From positions 1-64,000 of the IMG/VR virus record IMGVR_UViG_3300045988_183652: DNA of 64,000 nucleotides; one strand, given 5' to 3'. This document shows, in pieces, positions 45,679-54,589 of the stretch; position 1 is the first letter of the stretch; the number at the start of each line of letters is the position of its first letter. Source of the stretch: a virus. Below the pieces are notes generated by a model that saw nothing but the letters and a program-made list of their open reading frames with translations, had not been told where the DNA came from and searched no databases. Both the position numbers and the translations under genes were made by a program.

Positions 45679-46118
45679 GGTGTATGAGGGCCTGAAATGA
45701 CAGGGGGTATACCCTAACAGCGCAGTAACGTTTAGTGAAGTACGGGTGTATAGAGTCCTGAAACAGCAGGGTTGTATACCATGGAAATGTTCGGCTGACG
45801 GTGCAACACAAGACCACGTGTATACACCACCCAGAAATAACAGGGTTGTATACCCCTTGTTATATGAAAACACCATGGAAAACAGGTATACACCACCCCG
45901 GAATAACAGGGTTGTATACCATGGAGGATGGGCGCTTCACCTTGCAGGTGGGCGTATAAAGCCCTGAAATATCAGGGTTGTATACCTGACTCGTGATGAT
46001 ATTCTCACCGCAGTACGGTATATAGAACCCCGAAATAGCATGGTTGTATACCCTCTCGACTGCAATGAAAAAGCACTACAAAGGTATATAGAGCCCTGAA
46101 ATAACAGTGTTGTATACC
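45679..46118 (+). CRISPR. CRISPR-like array E (7 degenerate 33-37-nt repeats, 6 spacers of 30-38 nt)
   Basis: Repeats start at ~45679, 45745, 45818, 45885, 45954, 46017 and 46083. All end in GTTGTATACC (or GGGTATACCC) and begin with GGTrTAyA. Spacers are unique. Confidence 0.5.
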
Positions 46119-46238
46119 CGCAATACGCCACAGTCCATGTAATACAGGAGGCGGTATTTTCCTCGCTTACTTCGACCTTGTGCAGTAAGAGATTGCACCG
46201 GTCGCTTGCTTGCTCCGCAAATTTGTTCGCTCGAAGAA

Positions 46239-46318
46239 CTTGACAAAATATCGAAATATAGTAGTATAGAATTATAAGGAAGGACAGTCTAACACAGACT
46301 GTCCTTCCGCTTTTTTAT
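46239..46318 (+). promoter_or_regulatory. promoter + leader-hairpin cassette M6 (plus-strand version)
   Basis: TTGACA-aaatatcgaaatatag-TAGTATAGAATTATAA, then GGAAGGACAGTCT-aacac-AGACTGTCCTTCC + GCTTTTTT, an intrinsic-terminator-like hairpin a few nt after the predicted TSS. Confidence 0.55.
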
Positions 46319-46341
46319 GCTCTGAAAGGGGATGACAATTT

Positions 46342-47139
46342 TTGGAAAGCACAAGCAAAAAACAAGTAAAATGGGGGATTTTCAAGACTGCACTCTTTAC
46401 GTTCCTGTTCGTCGCCGTATCCGCTTTCTACTTTCTCTCCGCCAACGTGACACTCGCACAGGCCGAAGAGCACTCAAACCACGAGGTGCCTCCTGCTGGA
46501 GCAGCGGTTGCCACCCAGATGGACGACACCAAGCTGTCGGAAAAAGCGCAGCAAGATGTTCTGGAACTGAAGGAAGGAGTTCTCGACCCTCTTTCCGACA
46601 TCACAGAAGCAGAGAACTCTGAAGATGACCCCGACGCCGTGGAGGAAGTACAGGAAGTCGTTCCGACAGTCTGTTCCTACTGCGGCTCTGAGAACCATAG
46701 TTCCTCAATCTGTGCAAAGAGGTCTATCGCCAATGGTGCCTATGGGCGCTGGGCGATTCCGTCTGTTGGCTGTAATGTAGCGGCCTACTCGTGTAACTGG
46801 GATGCAGACCAATCCTATATTCAGGAAATTACTGACAGCTCCGACAGTGCAGCTTTTTTGACTTGCGGCGGCGTTGGTGTTCTTGCAGACCACAATAACC
46901 AAGGTTTCTTGGGACTTTCCAATGTTTCTGTTGGCACGAAAGCCTACATGGACTTTGGTGATGGCGCAACTTACTACGAGTGCTATCAGGTTGAATACGG
47001 ACACAATACCGGCGAAAAGATGCTCGATGGAAATGGAAACATAATGAGCTACAGTAACTATTCTTCCGGCACTGTGATTTGTTACACCTGCCTTGACCAC
47101 TGGACCAACATTTACATCACTTACTGGACGCCGGTATAA
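46342..47139 (+). CDS. secreted/membrane-anchored CCHC zinc-knuckle protein, paralog 1
   Basis: TTG start with GAAAGGGGA RBS. N-terminal signal/TM segment, acidic linker, CSYCGSENHSSSIC (CX2CX4HX4C), then a conserved C-terminal domain (ADHNNQGF...YxCxxxxYGHN...YTCxDHW). Confidence 0.55.
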   Translation: MESTSKKQVKWGIFKTALFTFLFVAVSAFYFLSANVTLAQAEEHSNHEVPPAGAAVATQMDDTKLSEKAQQDVLELKEGVLDPLSDITEAENSEDDPDAVEEVQEVVPTVCSYCGSENHSSSICAKRSIANGAYGRWAIPSVGCNVAAYSCNWDADQSYIQEITDSSDSAAFLTCGGVGVLADHNNQGFLGLSNVSVGTKAYMDFGDGATYYECYQVEYGHNTGEKMLDGNGNIMSYSNYSSGTVICYTCLDHWTNIYITYWTPV

Positions 47140-47180
47140 GTGCCAGACACCCACTCTCTACTCTAAGAAAGGACGAAACC

Positions 47181-47981
47181 ATGAAAACGAAATTCAAAAT
47201 CCCTCGGTGGGCACTCTTCACCGTTATCATTCTGGCCTTTATCGGTGGTCTCTTTGCCATCTCCATGCTGCCTGCTTTCGCATCACGTGAAAGCTCTCCG
47301 CCTTTGGCAGTAGCAGAAGCCGCGCAGAACGAGGAAAAGGACGCAAATTCTGATGCTCAGACTCCCGAAGCAGACAAGACGACAGATGAACAGGGAAGTG
47401 CTGAAGCCCCCGCAGAGGCCGCGTCTCAGGCAGACGACGCCGTCGTTGTCGAAGAGACTCCCGCCGAAGCGCCTGTTCAGGAAACCCCGACTACCTGTTC
47501 CTACTGCGGCAGTGCAGAACACACCAGAGACTACTGCGCCGTTCGTGCCGTTGACAATGGTGCCGTTGGCCGGCTCCGGATTCCCTCTGTCGGTGTTGAC
47601 GTGGCTGTCTACGACGTTACTTGGTACTCTCTGCAGCATACCACCGAGAGTGACAACTACACGCAGGCCGTTACAGATGCATGGGACAGCGCAGCACAAA
47701 TCGTCTATCTCGGCCAGACCGTTATTGGCGACCATAATAATCAGGGCTTCTCCACCATCAACAACTGCTCCGAAGGCACCTACGCTTACATCGACATGGG
47801 CGACTCTGTCCTGACCTATGTTTGCACCGGCATCCAGCATGGTCGTAACCCCGGTGGCTATCTCACCGGTGCCGATGGCGATAGCATCTATACCTCTTAC
47901 TTCAATCCCAACGGTCTGACGCTGTATACCTGTCTCGACCACAACTTCAATGTTGCCCTCGTGACATTCCAGCCTGCTTAA
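47181..47981 (+). CDS. secreted CCHC zinc-knuckle protein, paralog 2
   Basis: Signal/TM anchor, A/E-rich linker, CSYCGSAEHTRDYC, GDHNNQGF...YTCLDHN. Confidence 0.55.
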   Translation: MKTKFKIPRWALFTVIILAFIGGLFAISMLPAFASRESSPPLAVAEAAQNEEKDANSDAQTPEADKTTDEQGSAEAPAEAASQADDAVVVEETPAEAPVQETPTTCSYCGSAEHTRDYCAVRAVDNGAVGRLRIPSVGVDVAVYDVTWYSLQHTTESDNYTQAVTDAWDSAAQIVYLGQTVIGDHNNQGFSTINNCSEGTYAYIDMGDSVLTYVCTGIQHGRNPGGYLTGADGDSIYTSYFNPNGLTLYTCLDHNFNVALVTFQPA

Positions 47982-47997
47982 AGGGGGTGCAGCTTTA

Positions 47998-48771
47998 ATG
48001 AAAACAAAGAAGATTTCCCGCCGCGCTGTTACGCTGGCTGCCTTTTTGCTGGTAAGCGCATCATCTTTACATATGGCTTGTGCAGAGGCTGCGGTGCCGT
48101 TCGATTACTTTACTGATGACCTCTCTGTGTCCGCTGCCGCCGTTGCTGAGGAAGATAAATACCTGCCTCCTGAGTGGTTCACAAAAGAAAATGCTGTAAG
48201 TGAAGTAGACTCAGACACGCCTCCGGTGGAGACTCCTACCCCTGCGGGCGAATCCTCTGTGGCGACCCCCGTGCCTGAGCCCGCACCGGAAACCGCAGCA
48301 GCCTGCAGCTATTGCGGCAGCGCAGGGCACTCGCAGAATAGGTGTGCCGTTTACGCTGTCGAACAGCGAGGTGCCGTTGGGCGTTGGTCTATCCCTTCTA
48401 TTGGAATAGATGTCGCTTGCTTCACCTATGTGCTTGGAAGCGATTCCTTCGAGTACGGACAGGCAATTTGTGACGCTGCCGATAGTGCCGGCTACAGTGC
48501 GTATGGGAGCCAGTATCTCATTGCAGACCACAACTATCAGGGCTTTTCTGCCATAGCCAACTGCGCGGTCGGTGCGGTGGGATATATGGATTACGGAAAC
48601 AGTCGAACAGAATATGTTTGTACTGGGGTGGAGTATGGGCACAATGAAGGCACGGAACTGACTGATAATGACGGAAACGATGTTGCGTACAACAACAGTG
48701 GAGGAATTACCCTTTACACCTGTTACAACGGCTGGCAAAACGTCGTCATAGCGTATTTTACTCCGGTTTAA
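47998..48771 (+). CDS. secreted CCHC zinc-knuckle protein, paralog 3
   Basis: Signal peptide, CSYCGSAGHSQNRC, ADHNYQGF...YTCYNGW. Confidence 0.55.
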   Translation: MKTKKISRRAVTLAAFLLVSASSLHMACAEAAVPFDYFTDDLSVSAAAVAEEDKYLPPEWFTKENAVSEVDSDTPPVETPTPAGESSVATPVPEPAPETAAACSYCGSAGHSQNRCAVYAVEQRGAVGRWSIPSIGIDVACFTYVLGSDSFEYGQAICDAADSAGYSAYGSQYLIADHNYQGFSAIANCAVGAVGYMDYGNSRTEYVCTGVEYGHNEGTELTDNDGNDVAYNNSGGITLYTCYNGWQNVVIAYFTPV

Positions 48772-48855
48772 CCGCTGGCCGCTGATGCTGAAGGATATTT
48801 GAGGTTGGTTGTGCGGCGGCGCATCCAATCTTACATATCCCAGTTCTGAAAGGAA

Positions 48856-49053
48856 ATGATAAAAATGGCACGTCCCGTTGAAACCATAGACCCCAAGTTA
48901 GAAACGAGCAGATATATAACTGTTGATGGGGAGTATGAAGAACGAGAATCCTTTGCCGGAATGGTTTACAGCGACTCTTTACTGCAATCATTCTTCAGGA
49001 GGACTTGGAAGCGGCTTGAAGATGCCGCGAACGCCCATCAGGATACTCCCTGA
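48856..49053 (+). CDS. small hypothetical protein
   Basis: 65-aa ORF with AAAGGAAATGA upstream; weak support. Confidence 0.3.
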   Translation: MIKMARPVETIDPKLETSRYITVDGEYEERESFAGMVYSDSLLQSFFRRTWKRLEDAANAHQDTP

Positions 49054-49157
49054 TGGGCATTTTTCCCAAGAACTTACGACTTGTCATTTTTTTATGTGGG
49101 TTGTATAATATAGGTGAACGTCTTTGCAGAGGGCGTAACTTATAGGAAAGGGGACTT

Positions 49158-50735
49158 ATGCCTACAGAAAGAAAGAAGAAAACAACAAAAGAAGAAAACG
49201 CAAAAAATAACTCAACAAAAAACACAATAAAAAAACCAAGAAACTCAACAAGTAACGCGAAAAGCAAGAAAGAAAGCAAGTCTCTTTTGGGGTTAAAGGA
49301 CCTGATGGAAGATACGTCTCCGGAAAAGGTCGTCGGCTGTTATGTTCGCGTGTCTACCGATGCACAGGCGGAGCAGGGATATTCTATACCTGACCAAACA
49401 GCCAAATTGCAGGCCTTTTGCACCGTAAAAGGCTGGGAGAACGCGAAATTCTACACGGACCCCGGATTCAGCGGCAGCAACTTAAATCGACCGGCAATGC
49501 AGGAAATGATATCCGATGCGATGGAAGGGAAGCTGAAGGCGGTTGTCGTCTTCAAGCTGGACCGCCTCTCCAGAAGTCAGAAGGATACTCTTTATTTAAT
49601 AGAAGATGTATTTCTTCCGAACGAGGTGGATTTTGTAAGCATTTCCGAGGCCCTCGACACTACCACTCCTTATGGACGAGCGATGATAGGCATTTTGAGC
49701 GTCTTCGCCCAGTTGGAACGCGAGAATATCTATATGCGAACCCGTATTGGAATGATGGGTCGTGTAAGTGCGGGGTATTGGCGTGGCGGTGGAAAAGTTC
49801 CGTTTGGCTATGATTATGATAAGGAAAGCAAATCCCTTATCCCAAACGCTGACGCACCAAAAGTGCCGCAGGCTTACGACCTCTACATCAAGGGCTATAG
49901 TTGCCAGAAAATTGCGGATATGCTCGGACTAAGTTGCGAACAGCTCGTGAGGAATATTCTCACCAAGCGCACATATTGCGGCTACATCAACTACAAAGGT
50001 AAAGACTATAAGGGTTTCCACGAGCCTTTGATTGATGAAGAGCGGTTCATGCTCGTGGCCGCAGAAATGGAACGCCGTGGGAAGGAAAATCTCGCAGTAT
50101 GCGGCAACAATAAATATTATCTTCTTACCGGGCTTGTTTTCTGCGGAGATTGTGGAGCCAGAATGCGGTACATGAAGTGGGGGAAGTATATCCGTATCGT
50201 CTGCTACTCGCACACGTGTAAAAAGAACATGGTTAAGGACCCCGATTGTCCGAACAAGGGAGTTCGCGCAGAAGAACTTGAGAAGGTTGTTGTCTCAAAA
50301 CTTTTTGACATTGGTACTGACATTTCTCTCGACGATTTTGACGACACCCACGTGCCTGCAAGTGCAGCAGAAATCCTGACGAACCGGATAGATGAGCTGA
50401 AGGAGTCTCTCAGGCGCCTATATGGGCTCTATGCCGACATCGGAGACCCCATGGTGTACGAGCGCATTGAGGATGTGCGAGGACAGCTCCACGTATTGCA
50501 GAGACAGCTTGCAAGCGAGGAAACGCAGAAACTCAAGGAAGAGCACATCAACTACGTCCGTGAGAAAATTCAGACTATTGGAGACCTCTGGCCCCATCTT
50601 ACTCCTATGGAGCGCCAAACTCTTGTTCGTGATTGTGTTGAGAAGGTTATTTTGCATCACAACGGACGTGTTGAGGTTTACTACACTTTCCATACTGAGA
50701 AAGATAGTAAAATTCTCAAAAGGAAAGGCGCATAA
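49158..50735 (+). CDS. large serine recombinase (integrase/resolvase family) with Lys-rich N-terminal extension
   Basis: Catalytic domain VGCYVRVSTDAQAEQGYSIPDQ (Ser nucleophile), recombinase and zinc-ribbon domains (CGDCGARMRY...C...C), coiled-coil C-terminus; GGAAAGGGGA RBS. Confidence 0.8.
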   Translation: MPTERKKKTTKEENAKNNSTKNTIKKPRNSTSNAKSKKESKSLLGLKDLMEDTSPEKVVGCYVRVSTDAQAEQGYSIPDQTAKLQAFCTVKGWENAKFYTDPGFSGSNLNRPAMQEMISDAMEGKLKAVVVFKLDRLSRSQKDTLYLIEDVFLPNEVDFVSISEALDTTTPYGRAMIGILSVFAQLERENIYMRTRIGMMGRVSAGYWRGGGKVPFGYDYDKESKSLIPNADAPKVPQAYDLYIKGYSCQKIADMLGLSCEQLVRNILTKRTYCGYINYKGKDYKGFHEPLIDEERFMLVAAEMERRGKENLAVCGNNKYYLLTGLVFCGDCGARMRYMKWGKYIRIVCYSHTCKKNMVKDPDCPNKGVRAEELEKVVVSKLFDIGTDISLDDFDDTHVPASAAEILTNRIDELKESLRRLYGLYADIGDPMVYERIEDVRGQLHVLQRQLASEETQKLKEEHINYVREKIQTIGDLWPHLTPMERQTLVRDCVEKVILHHNGRVEVYYTFHTEKDSKILKRKGA

Positions 50736-50894
50736 AAATTAGAAACGCGCCTCTTCTGAGGCGCGTTTGCTTTTCAAAAAAACTTAAAACCAATTCCAGC
50801 AAAAGGGTCGTTTTTTTCTCCTTTCCAACACCATGCCGATGGTGTTGTGAAGATGAAAAAACTCTGAGGCTGGTATTCCGAGGAGCGTGTTTTC

Positions 50895-51986
50895 GTGAAA
50901 ACCAAACTCTACCTCCTACAAAACGAAGCATTTGACGTAATTCTTGATTATTTCAAGAACAATTCTAACTCATGTTCTATGAGCGACGACCTCTGCCTTG
51001 CTTTGAAAAAATTGGAGGAAATCAAGCAAAATAACCAGTCCCTTACGTGGAAGCAGCTCGGTATAATTGCTTCTGTTGAGAGCTACCTCGCAAACAGTGA
51101 GGGTAAACCTCTAACGAGACAAAGTTTCCTTGAAAACCATTCACTTCCGTCTGCGGACGTTTTTAAGAACTCGTTTGGTAAGACATCTTTCAAATGGCTA
51201 TTGGAAAGATATCCTTGTCATACAAAAAAATCTTCCACAGATTTAATTTATGGTGGAAAGGCGTATGATGATGTGGATGAAGTAAAGGATGCTTTTATAA
51301 AAGAGTATTACAGAATAAGGCCTGCAACGCAGCACGAGTTCAACTCAAAGAAAAGTAAAACTATCCCATACTGGGAGTCCTTAGCCGCACGATTTGGCAT
51401 TGCGTCATGGATAGCCCTTATCGACCTCTTGGAGCTGCCGAGGTACAACAAGCGTGGTGACAATCCGCTGAGAGTTATAGAAACTAATTTGTGCATAACG
51501 GACGATAGGGTGTCCTTCGCAGGGAGGAAAAGACCTCATGTGTTTAGACGAACATTTTGGACAAAAGAGCTTATTCGTCAGCGTGTCGAAGGTTTCATTA
51601 TTCAAAATGGACGTACCCCAAGCAGGGAAGACCTCCTTGGCATCCCTGAGTTGCCTTCGCCGGAGACATTCAATAATGTGGTGAAGATGAATTGGCGGCT
51701 TTGGATTAAAGAAACATTTCCTGACTGTATTCCCGATAACTGGCGGTATGACCTATTATCCAGCAAGAAAATAGACAAAAAGAAGTGGCTGGAACTATTC
51801 AAAAAGGAATACAAGAGAATTAAGCCGGCAACGGGCAATCAGTACAATCAGCAACGCACTCAAGGAACGCCTACATGGAACACAATCGCAAAACTCATAG
51901 GAGAAAGCGAACACAAATGGAGCAACATGAAAAAGGTTGCAGGGGTAGAGGATGTTCCCATTTCCACCAATAAGCCGTCCACGTAA
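50895..51986 (+). CDS. hypothetical protein with internal duplicated motif, AT-rich
   Basis: 363 aa. The motif (F)IKEYYRIRPATQHEFN..K..TIPYWESLA recurs as FKKEYKRIKPATGNQYN..RTQGTPTWNTIA. Local GC is lower than the surroundings. Confidence 0.5.
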   Translation: MKTKLYLLQNEAFDVILDYFKNNSNSCSMSDDLCLALKKLEEIKQNNQSLTWKQLGIIASVESYLANSEGKPLTRQSFLENHSLPSADVFKNSFGKTSFKWLLERYPCHTKKSSTDLIYGGKAYDDVDEVKDAFIKEYYRIRPATQHEFNSKKSKTIPYWESLAARFGIASWIALIDLLELPRYNKRGDNPLRVIETNLCITDDRVSFAGRKRPHVFRRTFWTKELIRQRVEGFIIQNGRTPSREDLLGIPELPSPETFNNVVKMNWRLWIKETFPDCIPDNWRYDLLSSKKIDKKKWLELFKKEYKRIKPATGNQYNQQRTQGTPTWNTIAKLIGESEHKWSNMKKVAGVEDVPISTNKPST

Positions 51987-51987
51987 A

Positions 51988-52017
51988 AAAAGACCACCGT
52001 AAGGTGGTCTTTTTTTT
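51988..52017. terminator. bidirectional terminator
   Basis: AAAAAAAGACCACC-gtaa-GGTGGTCTTTTTTTT. Confidence 0.65.
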
Positions 52018-52030
52018 GTATTTTGTGGTT

Positions 52031-52582
52031 CTAAATTGACTCGTCCTCCGTCTCATCCAAACGTTTGATGCGTTGAAAGCCATTTGCAGAGACCTTCTTT
52101 CGACTGCCATCTGCTCTATGGAAAAAATCGCCGATAATAATGCCTTCTTCAACGTATCGTTTTGAACTCGGATGGTTTCGAGTTCCGCCCCACACCAAGA
52201 AAGAACAAAGCCATCTTTCAGGAACGGTTCGGTGGTTCTTCGCCTGAGACTGTTCTTTCCTGCATCTTTCAACGTCTTCATTGATTCTCTTGTCTGTAAG
52301 AGAAGCAAGATAATCAGTATCTAAAGAGTAGAAGTCGGTTCCGTTGAAATACTTGCTCGTATGGTGCCATGACGCATACTGCAGAACCTTTGTCCGCAAG
52401 AAAGAAAGCGGGGCTTGCTTGAGCTTTTCAATGTTGCATTGAAGAGACAGCGTTCCGTTCAAAACCTCGGCCTCGATTGCGTTCAGTATGGCTGCTTTGG
52501 TCCACTTGGAACGCGGTTTTTCGCCGGATTCATAAGCATCCACAGCGTTGTTGCTCATCGAGTAGCCGGAATACCCGGCCAT
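52031..52582 (-). CDS. hypothetical protein
   Basis: 183 aa, last gene of operon 6. Confidence 0.45.
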   Translation of the reverse strand: MAGYSGYSMSNNAVDAYESGEKPRSKWTKAAILNAIEAEVLNGTLSLQCNIEKLKQAPLSFLRTKVLQYASWHHTSKYFNGTDFYSLDTDYLASLTDKRINEDVERCRKEQSQAKNHRTVPERWLCSFLVWGGTRNHPSSKRYVEEGIIIGDFFHRADGSRKKVSANGFQRIKRLDETEDESI

Positions 52583-53517
52583 TACACATTCCCTCCGTCA
52601 TCGGAGATACCCTGCAGAAGCAGGTTCTCGTCGATATATGTAGCTGTTTCATCTGCGCGATGCAGAAGAAAAGCCAGAGGATAGCGCGTAAAGGCCGCTG
52701 AGGTATTCTTATCTGTGGAATACTCTCCCATGTGGAAACGGATTGCAAAAGCCTCCGGCATCGTCAGGCGAATATAGCGTTCTGCAAGAAACACAGATTT
52801 ATCGCCGTGGCTGCCGAACGGGAGCTTCTCGTCATAGGAAATCCAAGGCACCTTCTTCCACTGTCCGGTTTTGGGGTCCTTCACATTTCTGCTGTCCCAT
52901 TTATAGAAATCGGCCTTGCAGATATCGTGAAGAAGTGCGGAGATGGCAATGCTATCATTGACCATCTTCCTCTCCCCCTCGGAAAGCGTCTTTCCATTCC
53001 GCTCAATTTCCGTGAAGTATGTGTCGTTCAGACGCATAAATACGTTGACTGAGTGGTCCAGAAGCCCGCCGCAGTAGCTTGAGTGATACTTAGCACTTGC
53101 GGGCGCCGTGAAGAAATCCGTCTTCTCCAGCAGCCACAGCACAAGGTCTCTGATGCCTTTGCGTCCCGTACTGACAAGTGCGCCAATGAACGCGATGGCC
53201 TTAGACTCATACTCCTTATCGGGAGTTGTGCCGGCAGGGTCCTCTACCGTAGGGCGGTAGTCCCCGCCGTGCGCCGTGTACTTTGCGAGCGCCTGAGCTG
53301 CTGCCCATTTAATGAAGTCTTCCAATCTGTCGGGGTCGCCATTGTTAGACTGCTCGACAGTGCGGGAGAAGGCGTCATAGTCATCGAGGGCAGCTTGGCA
53401 GACGTCATCGTGACAAGCTCCCTTTTCAAACTGTCCGGAAATAGCTATCAACGCAGCTTCAGCACGCTCGTGCAGCTTTTGAATCCTCTCGAATTCAGGG
53501 GGGTAGTTGTAACCCAT
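52582..53517 (-). CDS. HD-domain phosphohydrolase
   Basis: SAKYHSSYCGGLLDHSVNV...ALLHDICK motifs; 311 aa. Confidence 0.55.
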   Translation of the reverse strand: MGYNYPPEFERIQKLHERAEAALIAISGQFEKGACHDDVCQAALDDYDAFSRTVEQSNNGDPDRLEDFIKWAAAQALAKYTAHGGDYRPTVEDPAGTTPDKEYESKAIAFIGALVSTGRKGIRDLVLWLLEKTDFFTAPASAKYHSSYCGGLLDHSVNVFMRLNDTYFTEIERNGKTLSEGERKMVNDSIAISALLHDICKADFYKWDSRNVKDPKTGQWKKVPWISYDEKLPFGSHGDKSVFLAERYIRLTMPEAFAIRFHMGEYSTDKNTSAAFTRYPLAFLLHRADETATYIDENLLLQGISDDGGNV

Positions 53518-53519
53518 AG

Positions 53520-54059
53520 TTATTCTCCTTTCTTGATGAAGTCCTCAGCCCTGATAGTACCGGAAGTCCATGCGCTTGTCGGGAAGCTGATTTCGGGGAC
53601 TCTCTCCAGCATAGCATCCCTCAAAGCGTCTCTATAACGCTCGAAATGCCGTTTCTGGAAGCCGAGAATTCTTTCGTCATACTTTACTTCCTTCTGAAGA
53701 AGTTCAACGGCAAGAGAGTTCTCGTTGTCCTCGACCGCGATGGCAAAAAGCTCGTTTTCCATAATCACCCGCTGTGTTCTGGAAACCCACTTTTCGCCCA
53801 ACACAGGCGTCATGCTGCGGAAGCGGTGTCCCAGTGTATCAACGATACACTCCAACACATCGGCCTCCTCGTTCATAGAGCCCTCCTCATCGAACAGCCA
53901 CCGGCAGGTGTCCAGTTCACAGCAGGGGATATCATTCAGCAGACGAACTTCCGGTTCCTCTTTATAGGGCTCATCCTCTCGATAGACATGAAGGAAGCTG
54001 TTGGAAATGTAGTAGACGGCCTCATAAGGACCATGAACAGAAACATTACCATTGCCCAT
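53520..54059 (-). CDS. hypothetical protein
   Basis: 179 aa. Confidence 0.4.
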   Translation of the reverse strand: MGNGNVSVHGPYEAVYYISNSFLHVYREDEPYKEEPEVRLLNDIPCCELDTCRWLFDEEGSMNEEADVLECIVDTLGHRFRSMTPVLGEKWVSRTQRVIMENELFAIAVEDNENSLAVELLQKEVKYDERILGFQKRHFERYRDALRDAMLERVPEISFPTSAWTSGTIRAEDFIKKGE

Positions 54060-54091
54060 GATTCGTTTCTCCTTTCTTTTTTTGCGACCTT

Positions 54092-54283
54092 TCAGGTGCG
54101 GCTGACGGTGTGGAGCTTCTGCTCCAGCAGCTCTGCCTTCTCACGGGTCGCTCCACAGGTACACATCTGCGGACAAACAAGAGGGTCGTAGTAGTCCTCG
54201 TTCTTCTCAGGGAAGAATGGCTTTCCGCCCTCATTTACACGCACCACATTAGGGCGCGGGCAGTTGTGACAGGGGTTATACAT
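54092..54283 (-). CDS. small Cys-rich protein
   Basis: 63 aa, CHNCPRP...CPQMCTCG. Confidence 0.35.
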   Translation of the reverse strand: MYNPCHNCPRPNVVRVNEGGKPFFPEKNEDYYDPLVCPQMCTCGATREKAELLEQKLHTVSRT

Positions 54284-54298
54284 CTGTAGGTTCTCCTT

Positions 54299-54589
54299 TC
54301 AAATGAGCGTTTTGTGGCGTTCTGTTTCTTTGCGAAAGCGCAGAATACTGAAGTATGCGTCAGCAGGGTGCTGTGGCAAATCAGCAACTGCCTTAAACAC
54401 CTCATCAATGCAATGTACGGCGAGTTCACGCTCACGAAGCAGGGAAGAAAGCATCTCCGCTGCGGCCAGCAGTTCAGTGCTGCCGGAGGCAGCACCGGAC
54501 CGCTGAAGGCGGACGACCATTGATTTTACTTCTTCGCTTGGAATGTAGGTCTTTTCCATGTCGTCCTCCACCGCAATTACGGTCTCCAC
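54299..54589 (-). CDS. hypothetical protein
   Basis: 96 aa. Confidence 0.35.
   Translation of the reverse strand: METVIAVEDDMEKTYIPSEEVKSMVVRLQRSGAASGSTELLAAAEMLSSLLRERELAVHCIDEVFKAVADLPQHPADAYFSILRFRKETERHKTLI

Noticed and set aside
44290-46120. Interpretation of the 36-nt repeats as REP/BIME elements or IS605 subterminal hairpins
   Set aside because: Not fully excluded. It is disfavoured because all repeats are in direct orientation, spacing is a constant ~30 nt with unique intervening sequence, and each array is headed by the same 135-nt leader. This is CRISPR-like rather than BIME-like, which would show alternating orientation and short fixed linkers.
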